From: a bacterium
Lineage (GTDB): Bacteria > UBA8248
Length of the DNA stretch: 64,000 nucleotides
Direction of reading: 5' to 3'
Assembly: GCA_965219955.1 (NCBI GenBank)
Contig: OZ244799.1
Span: forward strand, 4,219,616-4,283,615
Shown here: piece by piece, positions 19,744 to 28,871 of the stretch
How positions within the stretch are numbered: position 1 is the first letter of the stretch
Layout: the number at the start of each line of letters is the position of its first letter
Program-made: the position numbers and the translations under genes
The notes under the pieces: model-generated
Databases searched by the model: none
Told to the model about the DNA's origin: nothing
What the model saw: only the letters and a program-made list of their open reading frames with translations

Positions 19744-20997
19744 CTATTCCCCGATCTCGAAGCGCAGTTTCGCGTGCGCCGCGCGCAGGGCGGCCTCCGC
19801 CTCTTCGGGCCGCTCCCCCTTGGCGAAGATGAAGCCCAGATATCTCTCTCCCTCGGGCAGCGGCACGACGCGCCCGCCGACGTGGATGGATATGTCGACC
19901 TCCACGACGCCGGGCACGGCCAGGGCCTCCTCTTTGCCGTCGACCCCCCTCAGGACCCCCTCGCCGGGGATGGGGATCATCATGACGCCGGAAGCCTTTT
20001 TCTCGCGCTCCAGCGATGGAGGCGCCACGCCCAGCGCCTGGGAGAGGATGAGGTGTTCGAGCGAGGCGCCGCCCCCGAACTCGAGCGCGCCCGAGCATTT
20101 CCCGCCGATGGCGCGGCTCGCCACGTCGATCACCCGGATTTCGCCCGCGTCGTTGATTCTGAGCTCCGCGTGGAGGGGGCCCTCGCGCAGGCGTATGGCC
20201 CGCGCGGCGCGGGTGGTTTCCTCGCGGATTTTCTCCTGCATCTCATCGGGCAGCCTTGAGGGCGTGACGTAGATGGTTTCCTCGAAAAAGGGGCCTTCGA
20301 GCGGGTCGGGCTTGTCGAAGATGGCGAGAATGTGCGCCTCGCCGCGCACGACAAGACCCTCCACCGCCACTTCGACGCCTTCGAGATAATCCTCCACCAG
20401 GATCATCCGCGCCTCGGCGCCGCCCCGGGCGATGGTGTCGGGGTCATCCAGTATCGCGCCGACCCGCCTGTAGGCCTCCGCGAATTCCGCTTCATCGTTC
20501 GCGCGAATCACGCCCCGGCTGGCTGCGAGAAAGGTGGGTTTCAACACGCAGGGATAGCGTAGCCCTTGGGCGATTTTCTCAGGCTCTTCCTGGGCGGAGA
20601 CGAGCCGGAACGAGGGCGAGGGCAGGCCCTCTTCGGAGAGCACCTTTCTCAGTTCGTACTTGCTCCGCGTCGTGCGGGAGGCCTCTACGGGGTGGTAGGG
20701 CAGCCCCAGCGCTTCGGCGGCCATCGCGCCCAGGACGAGCGTGTCGTCGTCCACGGGCGCGATAGCGTCGATGGGAAATTCCTTCGCGAACGAACGGATG
20801 AGGGCAGCGCCCGCTTCGGGCTGGTTGTAATCGAGCGTGACGGAGCCGCCCGGGTTCAGTTCGGCGAGCAGGTCGGGCCGGTCGGTCCCCACCGTGACGC
20901 GGACGCCCATCTCCCCCGCCGCCGCCATGTAGGCGGAGGCGCGGTAGGTGGCCGTCGTCATGAGCAGGAGAACGCGTCTCCCTTCTTCAGGTGGCAT
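19744..20997 (-). CDS. ATP-grasp domain ligase
   Basis: YPCVLKP..LAASRGVI, EDYLEG.E, HAELR. Confidence 0.85.
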   Translation of the reverse strand: MPPEEGRRVLLLMTTATYRASAYMAAAGEMGVRVTVGTDRPDLLAELNPGGSVTLDYNQPEAGAALIRSFAKEFPIDAIAPVDDDTLVLGAMAAEALGLPYHPVEASRTTRSKYELRKVLSEEGLPSPSFRLVSAQEEPEKIAQGLRYPCVLKPTFLAASRGVIRANDEAEFAEAYRRVGAILDDPDTIARGGAEARMILVEDYLEGVEVAVEGLVVRGEAHILAIFDKPDPLEGPFFEETIYVTPSRLPDEMQEKIREETTRAARAIRLREGPLHAELRINDAGEIRVIDVASRAIGGKCSGALEFGGGASLEHLILSQALGVAPPSLEREKKASGVMMIPIPGEGVLRGVDGKEEALAVPGVVEVDISIHVGGRVVPLPEGERYLGFIFAKGERPEEAEAALRAAHAKLRFEIGE

Positions 20998-21766
20998 ACC
21001 ATCCGCCGTCCACCAGGAGCGACGTGCCCGTGACGAGACTGCTCGCCTCGGAAGCGAGGAAGATGGCCGGGCCCACCAGTTCGCTCATCTGCCCGAAGCG
21101 GCCCATCGGCGTTCTCTCGCAGATGGCGTCGTAGATGAGTTCGTCTTCCTGCAGGGAGGCGGTGAGCTCCGTTTCGATGAAGGTGGGACAGATGGCGTTC
21201 ACCTGGATGTTGTCCGTCGCATACTCGCGAGCGAAAACGCGCGTCAGGCCGATGAGGCCGCTTTTGGAGGACGTATAAGGCCCGTAGCACTGCTGCCTGG
21301 GGTTTCTGAAGACCGACCAGCCCATCAGGGATGAGATGTTGATCACCTTGCCGCCGCCCGCTTTTTTCATCTCCTCGCCCGCGCGCCGCGTGATGAAGAA
21401 GATGCTCTTCAAGTTCAGGTCGAGGATCCTGTCCCAGTCGGCCTCGCTGATGTCCCAGAGTGTTTTCCGCACGTTCGTGCCCGCGTTGTTCACCAGAATG
21501 GTGAGGCCGCCGAGTGCGGCGGCGGCTTCCACCACCATGCGCTCGGCGGATTCCATGTCGGTCACGTCGGCCTGGATGAGCGCGCATTTGCGGCCCATGC
21601 CCTCGATGGCTTCCTTGGCCTCGCCGGCGGGTTCGATGTCGATGTCCGCGATGACGACGTCAGCGCCCGCAGCGGCGAAGCCCTCGGCCAGCGTGCGCCC
21701 GATGCCGCGCGCAGCGCCCGTAACGAGCGCCTTCGCTCCGCTCAGGTCGAAAAGGGATTGACTCAT
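20987..21766 (-). CDS. short-chain dehydrogenase/reductase
   Basis: ATG 21766; TGAARGIG, NNAG, YTSSK. Confidence 0.9.
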   Translation of the reverse strand: MSQSLFDLSGAKALVTGAARGIGRTLAEGFAAAGADVVIADIDIEPAGEAKEAIEGMGRKCALIQADVTDMESAERMVVEAAAALGGLTILVNNAGTNVRKTLWDISEADWDRILDLNLKSIFFITRRAGEEMKKAGGGKVINISSLMGWSVFRNPRQQCYGPYTSSKSGLIGLTRVFAREYATDNIQVNAICPTFIETELTASLQEDELIYDAICERTPMGRFGQMSELVGPAIFLASEASSLVTGTSLLVDGGWYAT

Positions 21767-21952
21767 GTGTGGTTCTCCTTTTTGGGGTGTCGGGTTTTTC
21801 CCGATTCTCTCCGCCGGAGCGTTCGGGGTCAATGGGCGCAGGGCCTTCTCGTTGGCCTTGGGAAGAGAGTGTGATAATCAATAGGGAGAATTTCTACTAT
21901 TTTCCGTTCTCATTTGAGAGTGGTTTTCGGGTTCCTTGAGCGGGAGTGAGCG

Positions 21953-23602
21953 ATGGCGAAGCCCAGGGATAACGGCGCGAAAAAAGAGCGCTCCGTCCGC
22001 GAGGCGGCCTACAATTCGGGCAAACCCGTGCCCGTGGTCTACGGGCCGGACTCACCCGATGAGTCGTACCGGGAAAAGCTCGGCGCGCCGGGGGAATACC
22101 CCTACACGCGGGGCATCTACCCCACGATGTACCGGGGCTCGCTCTGGACGATGCGCCAGTACGCGGGCTTTTCCACCTCGGCGGACACCAACGCGCGGTT
22201 CCATTTTCTGCTCGGAAACGGCCAGACGGGCCTCTCGATGGCCTACGATCTGCCCACGCAGCTCGGCCTCGACTCGGACGACGAGGCCGCACAGGACGAC
22301 GTGGGACGCCTGGGCGTCGCCGTGGACACCGCCCAGGACATGGCGGACGTCTTCGAGGGGATACCGCTCGACAGGGTGAGCGTCTCGCATACCATCAACT
22401 CCACCGCCGCCATCATCCAGGCGTTCTGGCTCATCGCCGCCGAACGCCAGGGGGTCGCGCTGGAGAAACTGCGCGGCACCTTCCAGAACGACATGCTCAA
22501 GGAATACATCGGCCGGGGCACGTGGATATTCCCCCCGCGGCCCTCCATGCGCCTGGTGGCCGACATCATCGAGTACAACGCGAAGCATTGCCCGCGCGTG
22601 AACGCCGTCAGCGTCTCGGCTACCCACATCGCCGAAACGGGCGCGACCCTCGCGCAGGACGTCGCCTTCCCCATCCTGAACGCGCTGGCCTACATACGCG
22701 AACTCACCGGGCGCGGCCTCCACGTGGATGACTTCGTGCCCACGATGTCGTTTCACCTCTCGGTCGGCGGCGGCGTGGGGCCGTTCAACCTGCTCGAATC
22801 GATCGGCAAGCTGCGCGCGGCGCGGCGCATCTGGGCGCGCACGATGAAGGAGAAATACGGCGCGAAAAACCCCAAGACCATGCAGCTCAAGTTCTCGACG
22901 GGCAACTGCGGCAGCCGCATGGCGGCGCGCGAGCCGCTCAACAACATCGTGCGCCAGACGCTCTACACCCTGGCTGCCGTGCTGGGCGGCACGCGCTCGG
23001 TCAACATGGCGTGTTTCGACGAGGCGTTCGAGATTCCCTCGGACGAGTCCATCCGCACGGCGCTCCGGATCCAGCAGGTCATCGCCCATGAGAGCGGCGT
23101 GGCCGACACGGTGGACCCGCTGGCGGGCGGCTACGCGGTGGAAGCCGTGACGGATCAGGTGGAGGAGGAGATTCAGGCCATCGTGGACGATTACGAATCG
23201 CGCGGCGGCATCGTTCCCTTCATCGAGAGCGGCGAGATTCAAAGACTCCTCGCGCGGCAGGCCTATGAACACCAGCGGAAGATCGCGGAAGGCGAGCAGG
23301 TGTGGGTGGGCGTGAACAAGTTCACCTCCGAGGAGGAAGACCGCATGAGCGCGGGCGAGGGCCTCTACGAGGCGGACGATTCCGCGCTCGAGAAACAAAT
23401 GGCGCGGCTCGCGAAGGTGAAGGCCGCCCGCGATGAGGGCGAGGTGGCCGATCAACTGGAAAAGCTGGCGAGGGCGTGCGAGTCGAAGGAAAACCTCGTG
23501 CCTTATCTGATGGACGCCGCCCGCGCGCGCCTCACGGTGGGGGAGATGACCGGGGTGATGCGCGGCGTATTCGGCGCCTACGTGGAGCCGTCGGTCGTCT
23601 GA
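21953..23602 (+). CDS. B12-dependent acyl-CoA mutase, large subunit (MCM family, divergent active site)
   Basis: PGEYPYTRGIYPTMY, WTMRQYAGF, QNDMLKEY, FDEA, DPLAG. Confidence 0.9.
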   Translation: MAKPRDNGAKKERSVREAAYNSGKPVPVVYGPDSPDESYREKLGAPGEYPYTRGIYPTMYRGSLWTMRQYAGFSTSADTNARFHFLLGNGQTGLSMAYDLPTQLGLDSDDEAAQDDVGRLGVAVDTAQDMADVFEGIPLDRVSVSHTINSTAAIIQAFWLIAAERQGVALEKLRGTFQNDMLKEYIGRGTWIFPPRPSMRLVADIIEYNAKHCPRVNAVSVSATHIAETGATLAQDVAFPILNALAYIRELTGRGLHVDDFVPTMSFHLSVGGGVGPFNLLESIGKLRAARRIWARTMKEKYGAKNPKTMQLKFSTGNCGSRMAAREPLNNIVRQTLYTLAAVLGGTRSVNMACFDEAFEIPSDESIRTALRIQQVIAHESGVADTVDPLAGGYAVEAVTDQVEEEIQAIVDDYESRGGIVPFIESGEIQRLLARQAYEHQRKIAEGEQVWVGVNKFTSEEEDRMSAGEGLYEADDSALEKQMARLAKVKAARDEGEVADQLEKLARACESKENLVPYLMDAARARLTVGEMTGVMRGVFGAYVEPSVV

Positions 23603-24015
23603 TGGCGAGCGGGACCAGGCGCATACGGGTGCTGATGGCGAAGCCGGGCCTCGACGGGCACGACCGGGGCGTCAAGGTCATCATCCACGCGCTGAGAGAC
23701 GCCGGCATGGAGGTTATCTATTCAGGATTAAGACAGACGGTCGAGCAGATCGTCTCCGTCGCGATCCAGGAGAACGTGGACGTGATCGGCCTGAGCATCC
23801 TCTCGGGCTCCTACATGGGGATTGCGCGCAGGCTCATGGCGAGAGTCGAGGAAGAAGGCCTCGATGATTGCCTCGTCATCCTGGGCGGAAACATCCTGGA
23901 GCGCGACGTGGCGGGGCTCAAATCCCTAGGCGTCGCCGAAGTCTTCAATCACCATGCGGAGATGGCCGAAGTCGTCTCCTATATCAGGAACAACGCAGCA
24001 GCCGGCGCGGCCTGA
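23602..24015 (+). CDS. acyl-CoA mutase cobalamin-binding small subunit
   Basis: TGATG overlap; KPGLDGHDRG (DxHxxG), S.LSG, GG. Confidence 0.9.
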   Translation: MASGTRRIRVLMAKPGLDGHDRGVKVIIHALRDAGMEVIYSGLRQTVEQIVSVAIQENVDVIGLSILSGSYMGIARRLMARVEEEGLDDCLVILGGNILERDVAGLKSLGVAEVFNHHAEMAEVVSYIRNNAAAGAA

Positions 24016-24030
24016 CGGCGGCGCATTTTC

Positions 24031-25239
24031 GTGGGGGAACAAGTTTTGGAAAAGCCGCTGGAGGGCGTGCGCATACTCGATCTTTCCGCCCTGCTCGCAG
24101 GCCCGTACGGCAGCATGGTGCTGGCCGATCTGGGCGCGGACGTCATCAAGATAGAGGTGCCGGGCCGGGGAGACCTCGTCCGCACCATGCCGCCGCACTA
24201 CGTGGGCGAGACGAGCGCCTACTTCATCGCGCTCAACAGGAACAAGCGGGGCATTTTCCTGAACCTGAAGGACGAGGAGGGCTACCGCGTCTTCTGCGAG
24301 ATGGTGAAGCGCTCCGACGTCGTCTATGACAACTACCGCCCCGGCGTCCTCGAGCGGCTGGGCGCGGACTACGAGACGCTTAAAGCAGTGAACCCGCGCA
24401 TCATCAGCGCCTCCGTCACCGGCTACGGCCTCACCGGCCCACAGAAGGACAAGCCCGCGCTCGACCTCATCATCCAGGGGCGCGGCGGCATCATGAGCTT
24501 CACCGGCGAGCCGGGCCGGCCGCCCGTGCGCCTGGGCGTGCCCATGGGGGACATGGGAGGCGGCATGTTCGCCGCCCACGGGATTCTGGCGGCGCTCTAC
24601 AAGCGCGAGCGGACGGGCGTGGGCCAGAAGGTGGACGTCTCGCTCCTCGACAGCCAGCTCTATCTCGCGAGCTACCGCGCGCAGTACTACCTGACGGCGG
24701 GCGACGTGGCCGAGCCGATGGGCACGGGCCACGCATCCGCCGTTCCCATCGGCGCGTACCAGTGCGGCGACGGCAAGTGGCTCGTGCTCGACGCCATACT
24801 GGATCATTTCTTCGAGAGCCTCTGCGACGCGCTGGGTCACCCGGAGTGGAAGGACGACCCCCGGATGAAGGATCGCCCCACCCGCCTCGAGAACCGCGAA
24901 TACGTGGACGCCAAGCTCTCGGAAGTCTACAAGACGGACACCGCCGCGCACTGGATCGAGAGAATCGAGGCGCACGGCGTTCCCTGCGGGCCGATCCAGA
25001 GCATCGAAGAGGCGCTGAACGACCCCCAGACGCGCTCGCGCGAGATGGTGGTGGAGATGAAGCACCCCGACCTCGGCGATATGAACACGTTCAACACGCC
25101 CATCAAGATGGAGGGCACGTGGGGGTCCACCCCCTCGCCGCCTCCCCTGATGGGCGAGCACACCGAAGAAGTGCTCAGGGAAGTGCTCGATCTGGGCGAT
25201 GCGGAAATCGAAAGGTTGAAAGAGCGCAAGGCGATTTGA
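24031..25239 (+). CDS. family III CoA-transferase (CaiB/BaiF)
   Basis: LADLGADVIKIE, NRNKR, NYRPG, catalytic D in PMGDMGGG. Confidence 0.92.
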   Translation: MGEQVLEKPLEGVRILDLSALLAGPYGSMVLADLGADVIKIEVPGRGDLVRTMPPHYVGETSAYFIALNRNKRGIFLNLKDEEGYRVFCEMVKRSDVVYDNYRPGVLERLGADYETLKAVNPRIISASVTGYGLTGPQKDKPALDLIIQGRGGIMSFTGEPGRPPVRLGVPMGDMGGGMFAAHGILAALYKRERTGVGQKVDVSLLDSQLYLASYRAQYYLTAGDVAEPMGTGHASAVPIGAYQCGDGKWLVLDAILDHFFESLCDALGHPEWKDDPRMKDRPTRLENREYVDAKLSEVYKTDTAAHWIERIEAHGVPCGPIQSIEEALNDPQTRSREMVVEMKHPDLGDMNTFNTPIKMEGTWGSTPSPPPLMGEHTEEVLREVLDLGDAEIERLKERKAI

Positions 25240-25249
25240 GGGGCCTGTC

Positions 25250-26038
25250 ATGTTCCATGACAAGAAGGCTTTCGTGTTCGACCTGGAAGGGGTTTTCTTC
25301 GCCGGAGACGAGGTGATGCCCGGCGGACGGGAGTTGATGCGCGCCATCAAGGCGAGGAACCTCCCCCATCGCTTCATCACGAACATCAGCCGCAGCACGG
25401 CGGCGGAGATTCGCGCCCACATGGCGGGCATCGGCCTGGACCCGGGGGAGAACCTCATCGTGGCCGCGCTGGACCGGGTCGGCTCTTTCCTGAGAAAGAA
25501 CTTCGGATCGGGCCGCGCCTATGTGCTGGGGACGGATTCGCTGAAACGCGCCGTCGAATCGGGCGGTTTCGAGATACTGGGGCCGGAGGAGGAAGAGGGG
25601 GCCGACGTCGTCCTCGTCGGTCTGGATGAGGACCTCACCTACCGGACGCTGAGCGCCGCCGCGCGGGCGGTGAGCCTGGGGGCGCGCTTCGTCGCCATGA
25701 ACCCCGACGTGCGCCTGCCGAGCGAGGACGGCTCGTTCTCGCTCGGCGGAGGCGCCATCATGGCGTCGGTGCGGGCGGCGGCGGGCCGGGAGCCTGTGTT
25801 TTTCGGGAAGCCCGAGCCTTTTCTCTTCGAGGAAGCGCTGAAAGAACTGGGCGTGGAGGCGGACCACGCCGTCATGGTGGGGGACAACCTGAGGACGGAC
25901 ATCGCGGGCGGCCAGAAGGTGGGCATGGCCACCGTGTGGGTGAACCGCTGGGGCGTGATTGCCGGGGACCCGGACGTGACGGCGGACCTGGAAGTCAAGA
26001 CGCTCGACGAACTGATGCCGCATCTGCCCGGCGGCTAG
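25250..26038 (+). CDS. HAD-IIA hydrolase (NagD-like)
   Basis: FDLEGV, TN, GKPEP, VGDNLRTDI. Confidence 0.85.
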   Translation: MFHDKKAFVFDLEGVFFAGDEVMPGGRELMRAIKARNLPHRFITNISRSTAAEIRAHMAGIGLDPGENLIVAALDRVGSFLRKNFGSGRAYVLGTDSLKRAVESGGFEILGPEEEEGADVVLVGLDEDLTYRTLSAAARAVSLGARFVAMNPDVRLPSEDGSFSLGGGAIMASVRAAAGREPVFFGKPEPFLFEEALKELGVEADHAVMVGDNLRTDIAGGQKVGMATVWVNRWGVIAGDPDVTADLEVKTLDELMPHLPGG

Positions 26039-26061
26039 ACTTGTGAGATAGAGAGGACGAC

Positions 26062-26817
26062 ATGGCGCTGGTGGAATACGAGGTGAGGGACAAGCTGGCC
26101 TGCATCACGCTGAACAGGCCCGAGAAGATGAACGCGATCAACCACGAGATGAGCGAGCGCATCTTCGCGCTCTTCGACGAGATGGAGCGCGACCCCGGCG
26201 TGTGGGGCTGCCTGATAACGGGCGAGGGAAGGGCCTTTTCGAGCGGACACGACCTCACCGAGCCGCCGCCCGAGGACAGGGAAGTCAAACCCGTCTCCGA
26301 CCTCTATCAGGTCATCATGGAGTTGTTTAAGCCCTGCTTCGCGGCGATCAACGGGTTCTGCCTGGCGGGCGGTGCGGGCATCGCGCTCTCCTGCGACGTG
26401 CGCGTGATGGCCGAGGATACCCAACTCGGCTGGCCGCAGGTGATGCGCGGCATATCTTCCGTCAGCGGGCCGATTCTGCTGGCGAAGCAACTGCCCTTCA
26501 ACCTCGCGCACTATCACCTGTTCACGGGCGAGCCCATCGACGCCGAAACCGCGCTCAGGCTCGGCCTCGTCAACAAGGTCGTCCCCAAGGAAAAAGTTCT
26601 GGAGGAGACCGAAAAGATCGCGCGGCAGGTGCTGGCGAACGCGCCTCTGGCGGTGCGCGCCATCAAGGAGATCACCGTCCGCGCGCGCGACATGACGATG
26701 GAAGACGCCCTGCGCTTCGGCGACGTGATCCTGAAGCGCCTCCTGGAGACGCAGGACGCCGAAGAGGGCGTGCGCGCCTTCAAGGAGAAAAGATCGCCGC
26801 GCTTTACGGGGAGATAG
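26062..26817 (+). CDS. crotonase-fold protein (enoyl-CoA hydratase family, catalytic Glu absent)
   Basis: LNRPEKMNA, AFSSGHDL, AINGFCLAGG, EGVRAFKEKR. Confidence 0.85.
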   Translation: MALVEYEVRDKLACITLNRPEKMNAINHEMSERIFALFDEMERDPGVWGCLITGEGRAFSSGHDLTEPPPEDREVKPVSDLYQVIMELFKPCFAAINGFCLAGGAGIALSCDVRVMAEDTQLGWPQVMRGISSVSGPILLAKQLPFNLAHYHLFTGEPIDAETALRLGLVNKVVPKEKVLEETEKIARQVLANAPLAVRAIKEITVRARDMTMEDALRFGDVILKRLLETQDAEEGVRAFKEKRSPRFTGR

Positions 26818-26856
26818 GAGGCGGGGCGAGGTTGCTCACCTTGTAAGGGTTATTAC

Positions 26857-27089
26857 CACTCCCCCTTGAGGGTCTGTTGAAAAAGTCCCGTGGAGCGATT
26901 TTGATTGAGCGCACGTTTTTGAAGTTCACTCCCCCCTTGAGGGGGAGTCGAAGAGCTAAGGGCGTAAGCCCGCAAGCGATTCGGTGGGGGGTATAATTCG
27001 GAATGGCGATAAAATGCATTTTACCCCCCACCGCATCAGCCTTCGCAAAAAACGCTCGGCTTCTGCGACTCCCCCTCAAGGGGGGAGTG
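26857..27089. repeat. half palindromic element, orphan TIR and 163-bp element
   Basis: CACTCCCCCTTGA runs into GGGTCTGTTGAAAAAGTCC; full 163-bp copy 26927-27089 in reverse orientation. Confidence 0.75.
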
Positions 27090-27218
27090 ATAAAATCTCA
27101 AAGGCAGTTGTTACATCCCTCATCAGTTCGTATTGCTCCCCACCTTGCGCGCCCGTGCGAGTCGTTGCATAACGGAATCTCGCAAGCTACCTCCACTCTC
27201 ACCTGAAAGGAGGCCGCG

Positions 27219-28379
27219 GTGGACTTCGACCTCACCGACTCTCAGCGGGAAATCCGGCAAAAAGCCCGCGAAATCGCAGAGAGCAAAATAGCGCCCAAGG
27301 CGGCGCATTGGGACAAGACCGAGGAATACCCCTGGGAGAACGCCCGTATACTCGCGGATGCGGGCTTCATGGGCATGAACATCCCCGGGGAATTCGGCGG
27401 ACCCGAGCGCCCGCTCATCGAGGCCGTTCTGGTGGTCGAGGAGATGGCCAGGGTCTGCGGCATCACGGGGCGCATCGTGGTGGACTCCAACATGGGCGTG
27501 GTGGGGGCGATCATCAAGTACGGCACCGAGGAGCAGAAGAAAAAGTACCTGCCCATGGTGCTGGCAGGCGACAAGCCCGCCATCGTCATCACCGAGCCCG
27601 AGGCCGGGAGCGCCGCCACCGACATGACGACGCGCGCCGTGCTCGACGGCGGTGAATATATCCTGAACGGAAAGAAGAAGTGGATCACCGGCGCGGGCGT
27701 CTCGCACATCAACCTCGTCTTCGCCCGCGTGGTGCACGGCGGGGACGAGCAGGGAATCGGCGCGCTGATCGTGGAGTTGGGCGCGGAGGGCTTCCGCATC
27801 GGGGAGCGCGCCTTCATGATGGGCTTGCGGGGGATTCCCGAGAGCGAGGAGATTTTCGAGAACTGCCGCGTGCCGGGTGAAAACCTGGTGACGGTGGGCT
27901 TCGGCCGCCTGATGGCCGCCTACAACGCCCAGCGCGTGGGAGCCGGCACGGTGGCCCTGGGGCTCGCCGAGGGCGCCTTTGCGCAGGCAGTGGAATACGC
28001 GAAAAAGCGCGAACAGTTCGGCCGCCCGATATCGGAGTTCCAGGGGCTTCAGTGGATTCTGGCGGATGCGCGCATTCAACTCGACGCCGCGCGGCTCCTG
28101 CTCCACCGGGCGGCGGTGCAGGAAGACCCCAAGACGGGCTTTCCCGACATGAACCTCGCCGCCATCGCCAAGACGTTTTCGGCGGAAGCCTCGATCAAGG
28201 TGACGAACGACGCGCTCCAGATTTTCGGAGCCGCGGGCTATTCGCGTGATTTGCCGATAGAGCGCATGGCGCGCGACGTGCGGATGTTCACCATCGGCGG
28301 GGGCACCACCCAGGCGCAGCGAAACGTCATCGCCTCAGGCATTTTCGGGAGAAAATTCTCGCAGCGCCGGGGAGGGTGA
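27219..28379 (+). CDS. acdA: acyl-CoA dehydrogenase-fold protein, 3-sulfinopropanoyl-CoA desulfinase-like
   Basis: GRIVVDSNMG, LAGDKPAI, MGLRGIPE, YNAQRVGAG, RMFTIGGGT match the AcdA desulfinase pattern as I recall it; no catalytic Glu. Confidence 0.75.
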   Translation: MDFDLTDSQREIRQKAREIAESKIAPKAAHWDKTEEYPWENARILADAGFMGMNIPGEFGGPERPLIEAVLVVEEMARVCGITGRIVVDSNMGVVGAIIKYGTEEQKKKYLPMVLAGDKPAIVITEPEAGSAATDMTTRAVLDGGEYILNGKKKWITGAGVSHINLVFARVVHGGDEQGIGALIVELGAEGFRIGERAFMMGLRGIPESEEIFENCRVPGENLVTVGFGRLMAAYNAQRVGAGTVALGLAEGAFAQAVEYAKKREQFGRPISEFQGLQWILADARIQLDAARLLLHRAAVQEDPKTGFPDMNLAAIAKTFSAEASIKVTNDALQIFGAAGYSRDLPIERMARDVRMFTIGGGTTQAQRNVIASGIFGRKFSQRRGG

Positions 28380-28455
28380 GAAGACCACCGACTACGTGGC
28401 TTTTGACGTCGTTACCCAGAGAGCGGATAAACCCAGGCCGTATTGCAAAGGAACC

Positions 28456-28800
28456 ATGATGGCTATCTTTACCTTGCAGGAAGCCCGTGACCTGCTGCCG
28501 CAGGTCAGGGAAGTGACGCAGCATTATCACGATGTCGTCGAGGAGATGCGCGAACAGCTGGAAAGCCTCGAAGAGTCAAGCGATATCAAGCGCCTCGAAG
28601 GACTCATGAATGACGCGGTCGGCGAGTGGGTCGAGGCCGTCAGAAACCTGGGCGTGGAAGTCAAAGGCTTGTGGCTGGCGGATTTCGATTCGGGAGACGG
28701 CTATTACTACTGCTGGAAGCTCGGCGAGGAGGACATCGAGCATTTTCACAGCTACGATGGCGGGTTCGCCGGCCGCCGGCCCATTTCGTTGCTGGAGTAA
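28456..28800 (+). CDS. DUF2203 family protein
   Basis: FTLQEARDLLP...G..VKG..L.DF...CWKLGE..I.HFH...GFAGRRPI. Confidence 0.8.
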   Translation: MMAIFTLQEARDLLPQVREVTQHYHDVVEEMREQLESLEESSDIKRLEGLMNDAVGEWVEAVRNLGVEVKGLWLADFDSGDGYYYCWKLGEEDIEHFHSYDGGFAGRRPISLLE

Positions 28801-28871
28801 GGCTTGTTATTCCAGTGCGCAGCGACGTGTCGGTTCCCGCCGGACAGCGCTGCGGTGGAACAAATGACCCC

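Noticed and set aside
21770-21950. Cobalamin riboswitch before the mutase
   Set aside because: No B12-box or conserved core visible
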